Assembly (NCBI GenBank): GCA_023130975.1 | Contig: JAGMAD010000005.1 | Coordinates: 22,933 to 86,932, forward strand | DNA from: Candidatus Parcubacteria bacterium | Lineage (GTDB): Bacteria; Patescibacteriota; Minisyncoccia; Minisyncoccales; JAGMDC01 | Reading direction: 5' to 3' | Length of the DNA: 64,000 nucleotides | The notes under the pieces: model-generated | Databases searched by the model: none | The model's input: only the letters and a program-made list of their open reading frames with translations | What the model was told of the DNA's origin: nothing | Part shown: positions 31,903-42,110 of the stretch, piece by piece | Position numbering within the stretch: the first letter of the stretch is position 1 | Layout: each line of letters begins with the position of its first letter | Made by a program: the position numbers and the translations under genes

Positions 31903-33783
31903 TCAATTAAGCAAAGAATATGTTGGGACAAGTTCTTTTAGAATGCTTTTTATTTCTTTCTGGTCAAATTTTTTGATTGCTTTTTCTAGCCTTCTTAAAC
32001 TTTCGTTTATTTTCTCTTTATCTGCTTCTGAAAGTTTTGCCATAAAAATTTTTTCATTTTGAGTAGCAATAGTTCCTTCTTCAGCGGTTAAAATTTCTTC
32101 AAAAAGTTTTTCTCCTGGTCTAATACCTGTAAAAACAATGGGAATATCTTTATCCGGTTCATGACCGGAAAGACGAATTAATTCTTTTGCTAAGTCCACA
32201 ATCTTTATTGGCTTCCCCATATCTAAAACAAATACCTCTCCACCTCTTCCCATAGCTCCGGCTTGCATTACTAAAAGACAGGCCTCAGAAGTAACCATAA
32301 AATATCTTTTCATCTCGGAGTGGGTAATTTCTATCGGACCTCCTCTTTTTATTTGTTCTCTAAAAATAGGTATTACGCTTCCCCGGCTGTTTAAAACATT
32401 ACCAAATCTCACAGAAATAAATTTTGTAGAATTTTCTTGATTTAGAGACTGACAAAGCATCTCTCCCACTCTTTTTGTTGCACCCATTATTGAACTTGGG
32501 TTCACTGATTTGTCAGTAGAAATAAAAATAAATTTTTCTACATTATGCTTTAGGGCAACATCAGCAATAGTTTTTGTCCCAAAAATATTATTTTTCACTG
32601 CCTCATCCGGTTGACTCTCCATTAAGGGAACGTGCTTATAAGCAGCAGCGTGAAATATTATCTCTGGCTTAAATTTTTCAAAGATCTGTATTATTTTTTG
32701 TTCATCTCTGATGTCAGCGACAATAAAGGAAAAATTTAGTGTTGGAAATTTGTTTTTAATTTCTTCTGAAATATTAAAAATCCCTGTTTCATCTTGATCT
32801 AAGAGCAAAAGAAGATATGGTTCAAATTTAGCTATTTGACGACAAAGTTCAGAACCAATAGAACCAGCAGCACCAGTAATTAAAACACGTCTTCCTTGAA
32901 TAAAACTTGTAATAGCTGCTTTATTCAAAGATACTTGTTTTCTTCCTAATAAATCCTCCATTTGAACATTTCTTAAATCTCTAATAGAAACTTTTCCATT
33001 AATTATTTCTGTAATTGAAGGAATAATCTTAATATTTTTAAGACCTGACATTCTTCCAACTTCTACTGCTTTCTTTATAATACTTGAATCTGCTGAAGGT
33101 AAAGCGATAATTATTCCTTTAATATCTTGCTTTTTCACTATATCCGGAATATCTTTAACCTTTCCTAAAACACGGACACCGTGAATTAAATTTCCCTGTT
33201 TTAATTCATTATCATCAATAAAACCAACGGGCTCATAAGGAGCGTCAAAAGAACTCTGAATGCTTCTTAAAATTTGTTCACCGGCATCACCTGCCCCGAC
33301 AATTAAAGTTTTCTCTTTGCCTCTTGTTTCTTTTTTTTGAAAAAGATAAAAATAGATTCTTTTAGAAAAACGAGCAGCTCCGCAGAATATAAAAATTAAA
33401 AAATAACTAATAAAAAGAACAGAACGGGGAAAACCGCTAAAAACCGTGTAATCCTTTAAAACAAAATAAAAAGCTGTTAAGAGTAAAAAACTCAAGATTG
33501 TAGCCTTGAATAAAGAAATTAACTCTTCCAAACTCACATAAGACCAACTGAAATAATAAAGCTTAAAAAAGTAAAAAATAGGAATAGTAATTATTAAAGC
33601 TAAAATGATAATTCCTCCAATGTTTAAAAAATAACAGTCAGGTATTTGTCCCTCAAACCTAATCAAAAAAGCCAACCAAACTGAAAAAGAAATCAGTATA
33701 ATATCACTAACTAAAAAGAAAATCATTCGCTTTTTCGGCGTCCGCTCCATTAATTTTTTTAGCAAGAATTTAAAATCAGGCAT
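31903..33783 (-). CDS. Membrane-bound NDP-sugar 4,6-dehydratase (CapD/PglF/WbpM family polysaccharide biosynthesis protein)
   Basis: 626 aa with four N-terminal TM segments, two Rossmann motifs (IVGAGDAGEQ and ITGAAGSIGSEL) and a Polysacc_synt_2-like core. Confidence 0.88.
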   Translation of the reverse strand: MPDFKFLLKKLMERTPKKRMIFFLVSDIILISFSVWLAFLIRFEGQIPDCYFLNIGGIIILALIITIPIFYFFKLYYFSWSYVSLEELISLFKATILSFLLLTAFYFVLKDYTVFSGFPRSVLFISYFLIFIFCGAARFSKRIYFYLFQKKETRGKEKTLIVGAGDAGEQILRSIQSSFDAPYEPVGFIDDNELKQGNLIHGVRVLGKVKDIPDIVKKQDIKGIIIALPSADSSIIKKAVEVGRMSGLKNIKIIPSITEIINGKVSIRDLRNVQMEDLLGRKQVSLNKAAITSFIQGRRVLITGAAGSIGSELCRQIAKFEPYLLLLLDQDETGIFNISEEIKNKFPTLNFSFIVADIRDEQKIIQIFEKFKPEIIFHAAAYKHVPLMESQPDEAVKNNIFGTKTIADVALKHNVEKFIFISTDKSVNPSSIMGATKRVGEMLCQSLNQENSTKFISVRFGNVLNSRGSVIPIFREQIKRGGPIEITHSEMKRYFMVTSEACLLVMQAGAMGRGGEVFVLDMGKPIKIVDLAKELIRLSGHEPDKDIPIVFTGIRPGEKLFEEILTAEEGTIATQNEKIFMAKLSEADKEKINESLRRLEKAIKKFDQKEIKSILKELVPTYSLLN

Positions 33784-34903
33784 TTAATATTCGTTTTAAG
33801 GTCTTTACAATATAATTTATTTCTTTTTCTGTTAAATTATTATAGAAAGGCAAAGCAATGGTTCTCTGGCTAATACTTTCAGTAATTGCAAAATCACCGG
33901 GTTTATAGCCAAACTTTTTTCTATAAAATGGCTGTAAATGAATTGACTGAAAATAATCGCTGCATTGAATTCCCTTTCTTGCCATTTTTTCAATAATTTT
34001 ATCTCTGTCTTTTTTTGAGTATTTTTTTTGAAGCTGAACCACATAAACAAACCAACTTATTTTAACATTTGAAGTAATATATGGAATTTTAATTTCAGAA
34101 AAATTTTTTAATTTCTTATTATACATTTTAGCCACCTTATCCCGTTTTTCAAGAATTTTGTTTAGTCGTTCCATTTGAGTAACCCCTATTGTTGCACAAA
34201 TTTCCGGCATTCTATAATTGTAACCTAATCGAATATGCTCTAACCATTTTCCGTCTTTATTTCTACGTCCCTGATTAGCCATACTGCGACATAAATCTGC
34301 AATTTTTTTATTATTCGTCAAAACTACACCTCCTTCACCAGCAGTAGTGATTTGTTTATTTGGATAAAAAGCAAAAACCCCTGCATCCCCAAAAGAACCA
34401 CACTTTTTACCTTTGTACTCCGAACCCAATGCTTCGGCTGAATCCTCAATTAAAAAAAGTTTATGTTTCTTAGCAATTTTTTCTAATTGAGCCCAATTTG
34501 CTGGATGACCAAAAGCATCTATTGCTAAAATTGCTTTAGCTCTTTTAGTAATTTTTTTTTCAATTTTTTCTGGATCTATATTTAAGGTCAGGGGGTCAAT
34601 ATCTACAAAAACCGGCTTTGCTCTTTCAAATAAAATACAATTTGCAGAAGCAATAAAAGAAAAAGGAGTAGTGATTACTTCGTCTCCTTTTTTGATTCCC
34701 AGTGCCCGAATTATTAAATGCAAAGCACTGGTTCCGCTATTTACTCCAACAGCATATTTCACTCCTGTATATTTAGCAATTTTCTTCTCAAATTCCTCTA
34801 ATTTCGGTCCTAAAGATAAAACAGGTGTTTTTAGAACCTCTAAAACCGCCTTTCTTTCTAAATTTGTAATATCCGGCTGTGCCAAAGGAATTTTCCAGTT
34901 CAT
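33776..34903 (-). CDS. DegT-family PLP-dependent sugar aminotransferase
   Basis: VNSGTSALHLII, IEDSAEALG, and FYPNKQITTAGEGG with the PLP lysine present. Confidence 0.88.
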   Translation of the reverse strand: MNWKIPLAQPDITNLERKAVLEVLKTPVLSLGPKLEEFEKKIAKYTGVKYAVGVNSGTSALHLIIRALGIKKGDEVITTPFSFIASANCILFERAKPVFVDIDPLTLNIDPEKIEKKITKRAKAILAIDAFGHPANWAQLEKIAKKHKLFLIEDSAEALGSEYKGKKCGSFGDAGVFAFYPNKQITTAGEGGVVLTNNKKIADLCRSMANQGRRNKDGKWLEHIRLGYNYRMPEICATIGVTQMERLNKILEKRDKVAKMYNKKLKNFSEIKIPYITSNVKISWFVYVVQLQKKYSKKDRDKIIEKMARKGIQCSDYFQSIHLQPFYRKKFGYKPGDFAITESISQRTIALPFYNNLTEKEINYIVKTLKRILNA

Positions 34904-34958
34904 TTATTTATTATAGCAAATTCAAATATCTTATCAAAAAAACAGAGAGCAAAATTTC

Positions 34959-35975
34959 TTACTCTCTTTTTAATTCTTTTAGCCAACCCATTACTCTCTC
35001 GAAACTTTTCTTAGATTCTTCAAGTTTTATGAAATCCTTATCGTCTATTTCCAAAACAATACCTAAGTCCTGTTTCTCTGAAAATTCCAGAAGATAAGCC
35101 AGAATTTTCTTATATACACTCTCTCCAATTCTTCCATCACCAGGAATTACGCCTTCCTCGGCTAAACTAATAAATGGCTGCCATATATTGCCCAAATCAC
35201 TAAGATGAATATGACCAAGCCCTCTGCCTAACTTTTTAATTCGGCTAAGTAGTTGAGAAGAATCGTAGACTTGCGCTAAATGGCAGACATCAATCGTGGC
35301 AAAGATATTATTCTCTGGCTCTACAATTTGTAGAAAGTCCTCCGGGTCAACAAAACAAAGTTCATAAATGATTTCTTGAGGGTCAAGCACTGTGTCTGCG
35401 GTAAGGCAATAAGGCATATTCTCTACGCATATTTTTATTTCTGGGGATGTAGTTTGCCTTAATTTTTGAAGATCTCTTTTTACTCTTTGTATCGATGCTT
35501 TATTAAAACTCTCAAGCTTGTCACTCTGTTCCATCTTTCTCAATTCATCGTAGGAAACAAATAAATGGGCGTGAATATTTATCAAATCTGCTTCTATCTC
35601 CTCGGCGAATTCAACTGTTTTAGCTAGGTTTTTAAAACCCTGCTTAGAGCTGAAAAAATTTCTCTTAGAACTCTCTTTTAGCTCAAATGGTCCATGGAGA
35701 GAAAGAAATATCGGTTCTTGTAGTTTTTCAAGATTTGCCTTAGTTTTTTCGAGAACGAGAGGATTATAAATATCATCCATCTCAATTCTAATTTCCAGCC
35801 CAATAGGATATTCGTCTCCCACCAACTCTCTAAAAACTCCAATCTTTGCCTTAAGTTGTCTTTCATCGCTCACTCGACAAGGACTCATCAACCTTAACGT
35901 TTTATTGCTTTCTTCTTTGCTCTTCTCATTTTTTAAGGTGCCTTTTCTTCTTTTCATACTTCCTGTATATGCCAT
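34959..35975 (-). CDS. Sugar phosphate isomerase/epimerase (xylose-isomerase-like TIM barrel) family protein
   Basis: The pattern LSLHGPF...INIHAHL...ENMPY...HIHLSD matches the AP_endonuc_2 fold family from memory. The true start may be an internal Met. Confidence 0.55.
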   Translation of the reverse strand: MAYTGSMKRRKGTLKNEKSKEESNKTLRLMSPCRVSDERQLKAKIGVFRELVGDEYPIGLEIRIEMDDIYNPLVLEKTKANLEKLQEPIFLSLHGPFELKESSKRNFFSSKQGFKNLAKTVEFAEEIEADLINIHAHLFVSYDELRKMEQSDKLESFNKASIQRVKRDLQKLRQTTSPEIKICVENMPYCLTADTVLDPQEIIYELCFVDPEDFLQIVEPENNIFATIDVCHLAQVYDSSQLLSRIKKLGRGLGHIHLSDLGNIWQPFISLAEEGVIPGDGRIGESVYKKILAYLLEFSEKQDLGIVLEIDDKDFIKLEESKKSFERVMGWLKELKRE

Positions 35976-35988
35976 AACTAAACATCTG

Positions 35989-36924
35989 TCAATAATAGAT
36001 CAATATTCCAATTGCTACTGATATAATTTGAAGAGAAAAACAAATCAAAAGGGTTTTTTTGGTTGAAATTCCTCTTTGCAAAATTCGGTCATAAAAATGC
36101 CTTCTATCTCCTAAAAATATGGATTTTTTACTAAACAAACGCCTTATATTAGTGAATACTCCATCAAAAATAGGTATTCCGACAATGAAAATAGGGCCTA
36201 AAATACTTAAAAAATTATAGGATTTGGAGAAAATCATTGCCAAAACCGCTAAAATAAATCCTAAAAAATAAGCACCGGAATCACCCATAAAAATTTTAGC
36301 TGGGGGAAAATTAAAAATTAAAAAACCAAAAACCGCTCCCAATAAAATAAAAGAAAGAATTAAAGCAAAATCATTGCCTGAAATTAGAGCTAAAACAAAA
36401 AAACCTATTAAAGAAATTGCCACCAAACCGCCAGCCAATCCATCCATTCCATCTTGATAATTGATTCCATTCATAAAGACAAAAATATAAGAAAAAGTCA
36501 AAAAACCGGCTAAGTAAATTCCTGGAAAAAAATTTATTTTTATTCCTGAAGCCAAAAGAATAATGGTAGCGATTAGAGGAAATATAATTAAAAGAGAGAA
36601 CTTCTGATAGGGTTTTATTTGAGAAATATGTTTCCATTTTAAATCATCCCAAAATCCAAGTAAAAAAACAATCAAAGAACCAAGAATAATACCAGCAATT
36701 CTCCAATCAAAAACCTGTCTCTGAAAAACAAAAAACAAAAGTCCAATTATTACAGCAATGAGCATTGCCAGACCACCAAAAACAGATATTGGTTTTTTGT
36801 GAATTTTCAAAACATCACCTTTGGCAATATCATAAAGGTGATATTTTTCAGCAGTTTTTTTAAAAAGAGGAGTTAAGATCAAGGAGGTTAAAAATGGTAT
36901 AAAGAATATAAAAAGGTAAAACAT
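35989..36924 (-). CDS. Polyprenyl-phosphate sugar-1-phosphate transferase (WecA/MraY family)
   Basis: 311-aa polytopic protein with FWDDLK, INYQDGMDGLAGG and the MGDSGAYFLGF motifs. Confidence 0.8.
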   Translation of the reverse strand: MFYLFIFFIPFLTSLILTPLFKKTAEKYHLYDIAKGDVLKIHKKPISVFGGLAMLIAVIIGLLFFVFQRQVFDWRIAGIILGSLIVFLLGFWDDLKWKHISQIKPYQKFSLLIIFPLIATIILLASGIKINFFPGIYLAGFLTFSYIFVFMNGINYQDGMDGLAGGLVAISLIGFFVLALISGNDFALILSFILLGAVFGFLIFNFPPAKIFMGDSGAYFLGFILAVLAMIFSKSYNFLSILGPIFIVGIPIFDGVFTNIRRLFSKKSIFLGDRRHFYDRILQRGISTKKTLLICFSLQIISVAIGILIYY

Positions 36925-36925
36925 A

Positions 36926-37513
36926 TTAGTTTATTGGATAAACATAAACTCGGGAAGCTTGCTTGTTATGGATACTAATTTTTTTAAGGAATTGAAAACC
37001 ATTTTTTTCGTAAAATTTAATAGCAGGTTTAAGTTCTTCTCCAACTATAACCTTAAAAATCCCTACTTTTCTGTTTTTTATCTCTGAAACAAATTTTTCA
37101 AACATTTGCTTAGCTATTCCTTGACCTTGAAATTCTTTTTTAACAGCAATAGTTAAAAGTTCTGCTTTTGGTAAGTTATTTTCTTTTTTGGGGTAAAACA
37201 AACTTTCAAAAATCTTTTTTAATTTTTTGAAATTAAAAATTTGAGGCAAAAGCATTAAAACCGACTGAAAAAAATACTTTTTCAAGAAATAACCATAAAA
37301 TTTATTAATGTCCAATACGCCAGCAATAAAACCCACAACCCGACCATCTTTTTCAGATACGACACAAAAACTAAATTCCGACTCAATAATGGCTGAATAA
37401 AGATTTGTTAAAAAAGGCCCTCTCAAAGAACTTAAAAATCCCTTTTTTATTTCTGTTTTATGAATCTCAGCGATTTGTTCGGCTTCTTTTTTTTCGGCTA
37501 AGCGAATTTTCAT
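36926..37513 (-). CDS. GNAT-family N-acetyltransferase
   Basis: The acetyl-CoA binding pattern KEFQGQGIAKQMFE. The start overlaps the upstream GT stop (ATGA-type coupling). Confidence 0.75.
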   Translation of the reverse strand: MKIRLAEKKEAEQIAEIHKTEIKKGFLSSLRGPFLTNLYSAIIESEFSFCVVSEKDGRVVGFIAGVLDINKFYGYFLKKYFFQSVLMLLPQIFNFKKLKKIFESLFYPKKENNLPKAELLTIAVKKEFQGQGIAKQMFEKFVSEIKNRKVGIFKVIVGEELKPAIKFYEKNGFQFLKKISIHNKQASRVYVYPIN

Positions 37514-38676
37514 AATTTCTCTTTAATTAGCCGTTGGTATTCTGTTTTTATTCTACCAAAGACCAATCTTTCGTCAAATTCTTTTTCTGCTCTTTTTCTC
37601 CCTTCTTCGCCCATCTTTTTTGCTTTTTCTGGATTTCTAAGTAAATAAATTATGGCTTGAGATAAGCTTTCTGGATTTTTCAGAGGAACTAAAATCCCGC
37701 TTTTATCATCATCTACTGCCTCTCGACACCCTCGAATATCAGTAGCTATTACTGGCTTTTTCATCGCTGATGCCTCTAAAATTGAAACACCAAGTCCCTC
37801 CCGCCAAGATGGCAAAACAAATATATCTATTAATGGATATATTTTCTCAACATCTTCTTTTTCTCCTAAAAATAGAACATTTTTTTCTACATCGTAATTT
37901 TTAATAATATCGGGATTTACCGCATCTTTTTTTTCTGGCTCCAATGGCCCTATTATTAAAAGTATTGTTTCTGGAAAAATCCTGAGAACTTTTTTAAGTG
38001 CTTCAAAAAGATCCAAATATCCCTTTTCTTTAACTAATCTGGCTACAATTCCAATAACTTTTTTTTCTGAACCAATACCTAATTCTTTTCTTTTAATTAA
38101 AATAAACTCTTCAGAAAACCTGTTTAAATTAAATCGAGAAAGGTCAATACCGCCACTGAGATATTTAATTAAATCAGAATTACAAATCTTCTCTCGAGCC
38201 ACGGTATCCATGTCTTCTTTATTAACAAAGAAAATAAGATTAGAACATTTTGCTGATATTTTTTCAATAAAAATAAAAAACTTTCTTTTAAAGAAAGAAG
38301 AGTTTTCATCAAAATAAAACCCGTGAATAGTATTTATAATGATTGGAACTCCGGCAAACTTTGCCGCTAATTGTCCTAAAAGCCCTGGTTTTGGAGTATG
38401 AGTATGGATAATATCAAACTTTTCTTTCTTAAAATAAAAAAATAATTTTAAGAGACAAATTAAATCAGCAATCGGACTAATTTTCCTCTTAAAATTAATT
38501 ATTTTTATTTTTATTCCTTGTTTCTCAATATCTTTAATAAATTTGCCATTAGAACAAACAGCAAAAATCTCATATCCTTCATTCTTTAAAAATTTTAATT
38601 GGTTAAGTAATATAAACTTTATTGATTTATCTATATTAGTAACATAACAAATTTTAATTTTTTTTACTTTTTGCAT
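37510..38676 (-). CDS. Glycosyltransferase, GT-B fold (Glycos_transf_1 / GT4 type)
   Basis: The C-terminal motif FVLPSWREGLGVSILEASAMKKPVIATDIRGCREAV. Confidence 0.85.
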   Translation of the reverse strand: MQKVKKIKICYVTNIDKSIKFILLNQLKFLKNEGYEIFAVCSNGKFIKDIEKQGIKIKIINFKRKISPIADLICLLKLFFYFKKEKFDIIHTHTPKPGLLGQLAAKFAGVPIIINTIHGFYFDENSSFFKRKFFIFIEKISAKCSNLIFFVNKEDMDTVAREKICNSDLIKYLSGGIDLSRFNLNRFSEEFILIKRKELGIGSEKKVIGIVARLVKEKGYLDLFEALKKVLRIFPETILLIIGPLEPEKKDAVNPDIIKNYDVEKNVLFLGEKEDVEKIYPLIDIFVLPSWREGLGVSILEASAMKKPVIATDIRGCREAVDDDKSGILVPLKNPESLSQAIIYLLRNPEKAKKMGEEGRKRAEKEFDERLVFGRIKTEYQRLIKEKL

Positions 38677-38772
38677 TATTATTTTAGGTAAAACAAAGTT
38701 TTTGTAATTTACATTCTAATTGGTTTATATTGAGAACCATTATATATATTATTACTATTTTGATAAGCTTTT

Positions 38773-41124
38773 TTATGTTCTTTCCAAAAATAGCTCAAAA
38801 ACATTATCTTTGAACTTTGGTAAATGCTGAAGAAATGCATCAATAGGAATATCATAATTTACTAAAGAATTGTTTAATAGATAAAAACGTTTACGAAAGA
38901 GAAAATCATACAAAGAAATAATTAAATCATCTTCTCTCGTTAATAAACTCAAGCGTTCCTTAAACACTGCTTTGATTGTAAAATCTGCATCACGCAGAGT
39001 ATGTAAAAGTTCATACCCTCCGTTTTCCAAGAGAGGGCAATGAAATTCTATAAACATCTTAAGAGGTTTTTTCTGCGCAAGAATATGCCTCATGCCTTTA
39101 ATGACCTCTTCTTCGTATCCCTCAACATCCATCCGTACAAATTGAGGATATGGCTTATCTTGCAAAAAGGTGTCAAGAGCCATAATTTTAACTTGCTCTG
39201 TTTTACCCGAAAAATCTAAGTTAGCATTAACAAATGAATGTCGATTTGAACCCCGAGACAATTTAATATTACCAAGGCAATTTTTAGAACCAACAGCTCC
39301 TCGATATGATACAATATTATCGTATTGATTCAGCGCTATATTTTTATTTAATAATTTAATGTTATCGTACGATGGCTCTATGGCGAATATTTTTCCATTT
39401 TTTCCCACCAATCGTGCTTCTAATAATGCATAATACCCTATATTTGCCCCTATATCTACACACATGTCTCCCGGATTAAGAAAAGCCCTCAAAAATTCAG
39501 TTGAACGATTTTCTCTGATACCTACATATAAAAGCTCCCAAGAAATGCCCTTATCGGCACTATCTAATATCATAATGCTTTCATTCACTCGTTTTTTAAA
39601 CCATCTTTTGCCTCTATTTCTATTTTGAAAAACAAAAACCCAAACACGAAATTTTATTCTAAGATATAAAACCAAAAAATATAATCCTATACCTGCAAAG
39701 AATTGCTGTATTACATCCTCGTATTTTGAAACTAAAGACCGTCTAGTTGCCTTCCACTTTATTCCTTGTTCTGCTTGAAAATGAAGAGCAATAAAAGGTA
39801 AAAGAGCAAGAAAAGCTGGCATGCGAATTCTGGTCACTATTCCAAAATTACTTAAAAAAAGAGTTAAAACAGCAAGAACTCCAAAACTAAAAATAACTAA
39901 AGGAATGGCAATTCTATATTTTTTAAAAGAGATTAAGATTCCTTTAATTATGAAAAAAAGCAGAAAATACCAAGGAATAGTTTCAAGCAGAGCAAAAAGC
40001 TGCCTTTGATGTTTTATCTGCCAAGGCAAGGGACCTAATAGAACATAGGTAAAAGATTCAAAATAATTTCTTGCAAAGGTCAGGGGATTATCAAATCCTG
40101 TTTCTACTACTATTGAAGAACCCTCTCCAATAGCAGGACCCTGAGCAGAAAGGGGTTGTTCAGCAATAGGATTGTTGTCGGAAATCTGAGCAGAATGAAG
40201 CCGCAAAGACGGAGGAGCGTAAGCAACTTCTCTATAGAAAGTAATGGTCTTTATACTGATATAATGCCTCATCGTAGATATTCCATAATACCCATAACCT
40301 GAAATTTGAGGCAAAAATCCTAAAAGAAGAATAATTATTATTGCGTAAATAAACTTTTTTTTGAAATCTAACTTAGCAAGTATCAACCAGCAGAAAATAA
40401 AAGTGAAAAGTAAAACATAGCCGATATAAAATCTGAAGTGAATCAAACCAGCTAAAATTATATAGAAAACCAAAAAGTTTTTCCATGAAAAATTTTTTAT
40501 TAATCTCAAACAAAATAAAAGCCCTGCCAAAGCCAAGGGAACAACTAAAACATCTTTAAGCAACAAACTCCCGAAAAAAAGATAACTCGGATAAATACTC
40601 GCAATTAATCCTATTAAAAAAGCCCAATTTTTACTTCCTCCAATCTCAAGAACTATTAAATAAACCAAAATAACTGAAAGGGCCGCTAGCCAAACGCCAA
40701 ATAATTGGCCAATCAACATTTCCGGCAAAGTTAAAGCATAAATACAGCCAATGATGACCGGGTAATAATGACCCATACTTAATCCTTGTAAAGAAAAATT
40801 TCCCTGAAGAATTCTTTGGGCTACTTCTTGGGCTTCTTGGTGATAACGCACATAATCTCCTTGACCACCACTAAATGGTTGAAAATGAGCATAGTGAATA
40901 AATAACACTACTCCGAAATGAATTAAAAGAGCAATTAAAAAAAGCAAAAATATTCTTTTACTTTCCATTCCAATTTTAGAAAGAATCAAAAAAGTAATTG
41001 AGCTTAAAAATACCAGTAAAATAATTCCAATTGCTAATGTTTTATCAAAAAAAGCAACGCTTCCAACAACAGATAAAAATAAAATTATTCCAATTAATTT
41101 TTTTTTAGAATCTAAAAAATTCAT
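38773..41124 (-). CDS. Fusion protein: polytopic membrane domain (about 12 or more TM, GT-C/polymerase-like) plus C-terminal FkbM-family methyltransferase
   Basis: The C-terminus has DIGANIGYYALLEARLVGKNGKIFAIEP...VRMDVEGYEEEV, the FkbM pattern. The N-terminal ~480 aa is highly hydrophobic. Confidence 0.65.
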   Translation of the reverse strand: MNFLDSKKKLIGIILFLSVVGSVAFFDKTLAIGIILLVFLSSITFLILSKIGMESKRIFLLFLIALLIHFGVVLFIHYAHFQPFSGGQGDYVRYHQEAQEVAQRILQGNFSLQGLSMGHYYPVIIGCIYALTLPEMLIGQLFGVWLAALSVILVYLIVLEIGGSKNWAFLIGLIASIYPSYLFFGSLLLKDVLVVPLALAGLLFCLRLIKNFSWKNFLVFYIILAGLIHFRFYIGYVLLFTFIFCWLILAKLDFKKKFIYAIIIILLLGFLPQISGYGYYGISTMRHYISIKTITFYREVAYAPPSLRLHSAQISDNNPIAEQPLSAQGPAIGEGSSIVVETGFDNPLTFARNYFESFTYVLLGPLPWQIKHQRQLFALLETIPWYFLLFFIIKGILISFKKYRIAIPLVIFSFGVLAVLTLFLSNFGIVTRIRMPAFLALLPFIALHFQAEQGIKWKATRRSLVSKYEDVIQQFFAGIGLYFLVLYLRIKFRVWVFVFQNRNRGKRWFKKRVNESIMILDSADKGISWELLYVGIRENRSTEFLRAFLNPGDMCVDIGANIGYYALLEARLVGKNGKIFAIEPSYDNIKLLNKNIALNQYDNIVSYRGAVGSKNCLGNIKLSRGSNRHSFVNANLDFSGKTEQVKIMALDTFLQDKPYPQFVRMDVEGYEEEVIKGMRHILAQKKPLKMFIEFHCPLLENGGYELLHTLRDADFTIKAVFKERLSLLTREDDLIISLYDFLFRKRFYLLNNSLVNYDIPIDAFLQHLPKFKDNVFELFLERT

Positions 41125-42110
41125 ACTATCTTTTTAATTAGATTTAGCCATTCTTTTTTAAATTTTTCAAAAGTAAAATTTTTAGCAAAGTCGTAACCAT
41201 TTTCCCCCATCTTTTCTCTTGTCCCGGGATGATCTAATAAATATTCTACTTTTTCTTTTAGACATTTGAAGTCTTGACAAACTATCTGTTTCCCTCCTTC
41301 TAATAATTCTCTCATTCCTCCAAGACCAGAGCCGACTACCGGAGTTTTTAATAACATTGCTTCATGAGCGGTTCTACACCATCCCTCTTTAAATTTAGAC
41401 ATAGCTAATACTAAGGAAGAACTTTTTAACAAACATAAATAATCCTTATATTCTAAATTCAAATTTATGGTTGGAATTTTGACTTGAGGTCTTCCTGAAG
41501 TAACTAAATATACATCCAAATCTTTTAGCGACTGATATGCCTCAACTACACCTTTTATTCTCTGGCAATTTCCAAGATAAACAATTGGTTTTCTTTTAAG
41601 ATGAAATCTTTCTTTTAATTCTACAACTTCTTGCCTTGAAATGTCAAAATTAGATAAATTAAAACCATTATAAATTTTGTAAACATTCCTGTAGCCCTTT
41701 TCTAAAAAATGATTCCTCCAATATTCTGAGACCGTTATAATTGCATCTGCTTTTTTTAAATTATGATAAAAGATTTTTTTGAAGAAGAAAAAAAAGGGAC
41801 GAGAAATTAAAGGAAATCCAGAAAAACTGATTTGATGAATCATAACCAAATTTTTACCTTTAGTTTTATCTAAGGGCAAAGTAATTGTAGAATAAAAATC
41901 TCTTATCCATAAGTCCTTCTTGCCTCTTAATTTTAATAAATAAAAAAATGACTCCGGGATTTTCAAATATCTTATTTTTCTAAAATATCTCGGTTCACAA
42001 ATTATTAAGTCCAAATCAAAATCTTTAGATAAGGTCCCTCTTGCTTGTTCATTATAAACAATACCTCCATATTTTTTTTTACTGATTTCAATCCAAGCAA
42101 TAGTTTTCAT
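41121..42110 (-). CDS. Glycosyltransferase, GT-B fold (GT1/GT4-like)
   Basis: The C-terminal pattern SKFKEGWCRTAHEAMLLKTPVVGSGLGGMREL. Confidence 0.7.
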   Translation of the reverse strand: MKTIAWIEISKKKYGGIVYNEQARGTLSKDFDLDLIICEPRYFRKIRYLKIPESFFYLLKLRGKKDLWIRDFYSTITLPLDKTKGKNLVMIHQISFSGFPLISRPFFFFFKKIFYHNLKKADAIITVSEYWRNHFLEKGYRNVYKIYNGFNLSNFDISRQEVVELKERFHLKRKPIVYLGNCQRIKGVVEAYQSLKDLDVYLVTSGRPQVKIPTINLNLEYKDYLCLLKSSSLVLAMSKFKEGWCRTAHEAMLLKTPVVGSGLGGMRELLEGGKQIVCQDFKCLKEKVEYLLDHPGTREKMGENGYDFAKNFTFEKFKKEWLNLIKKIV

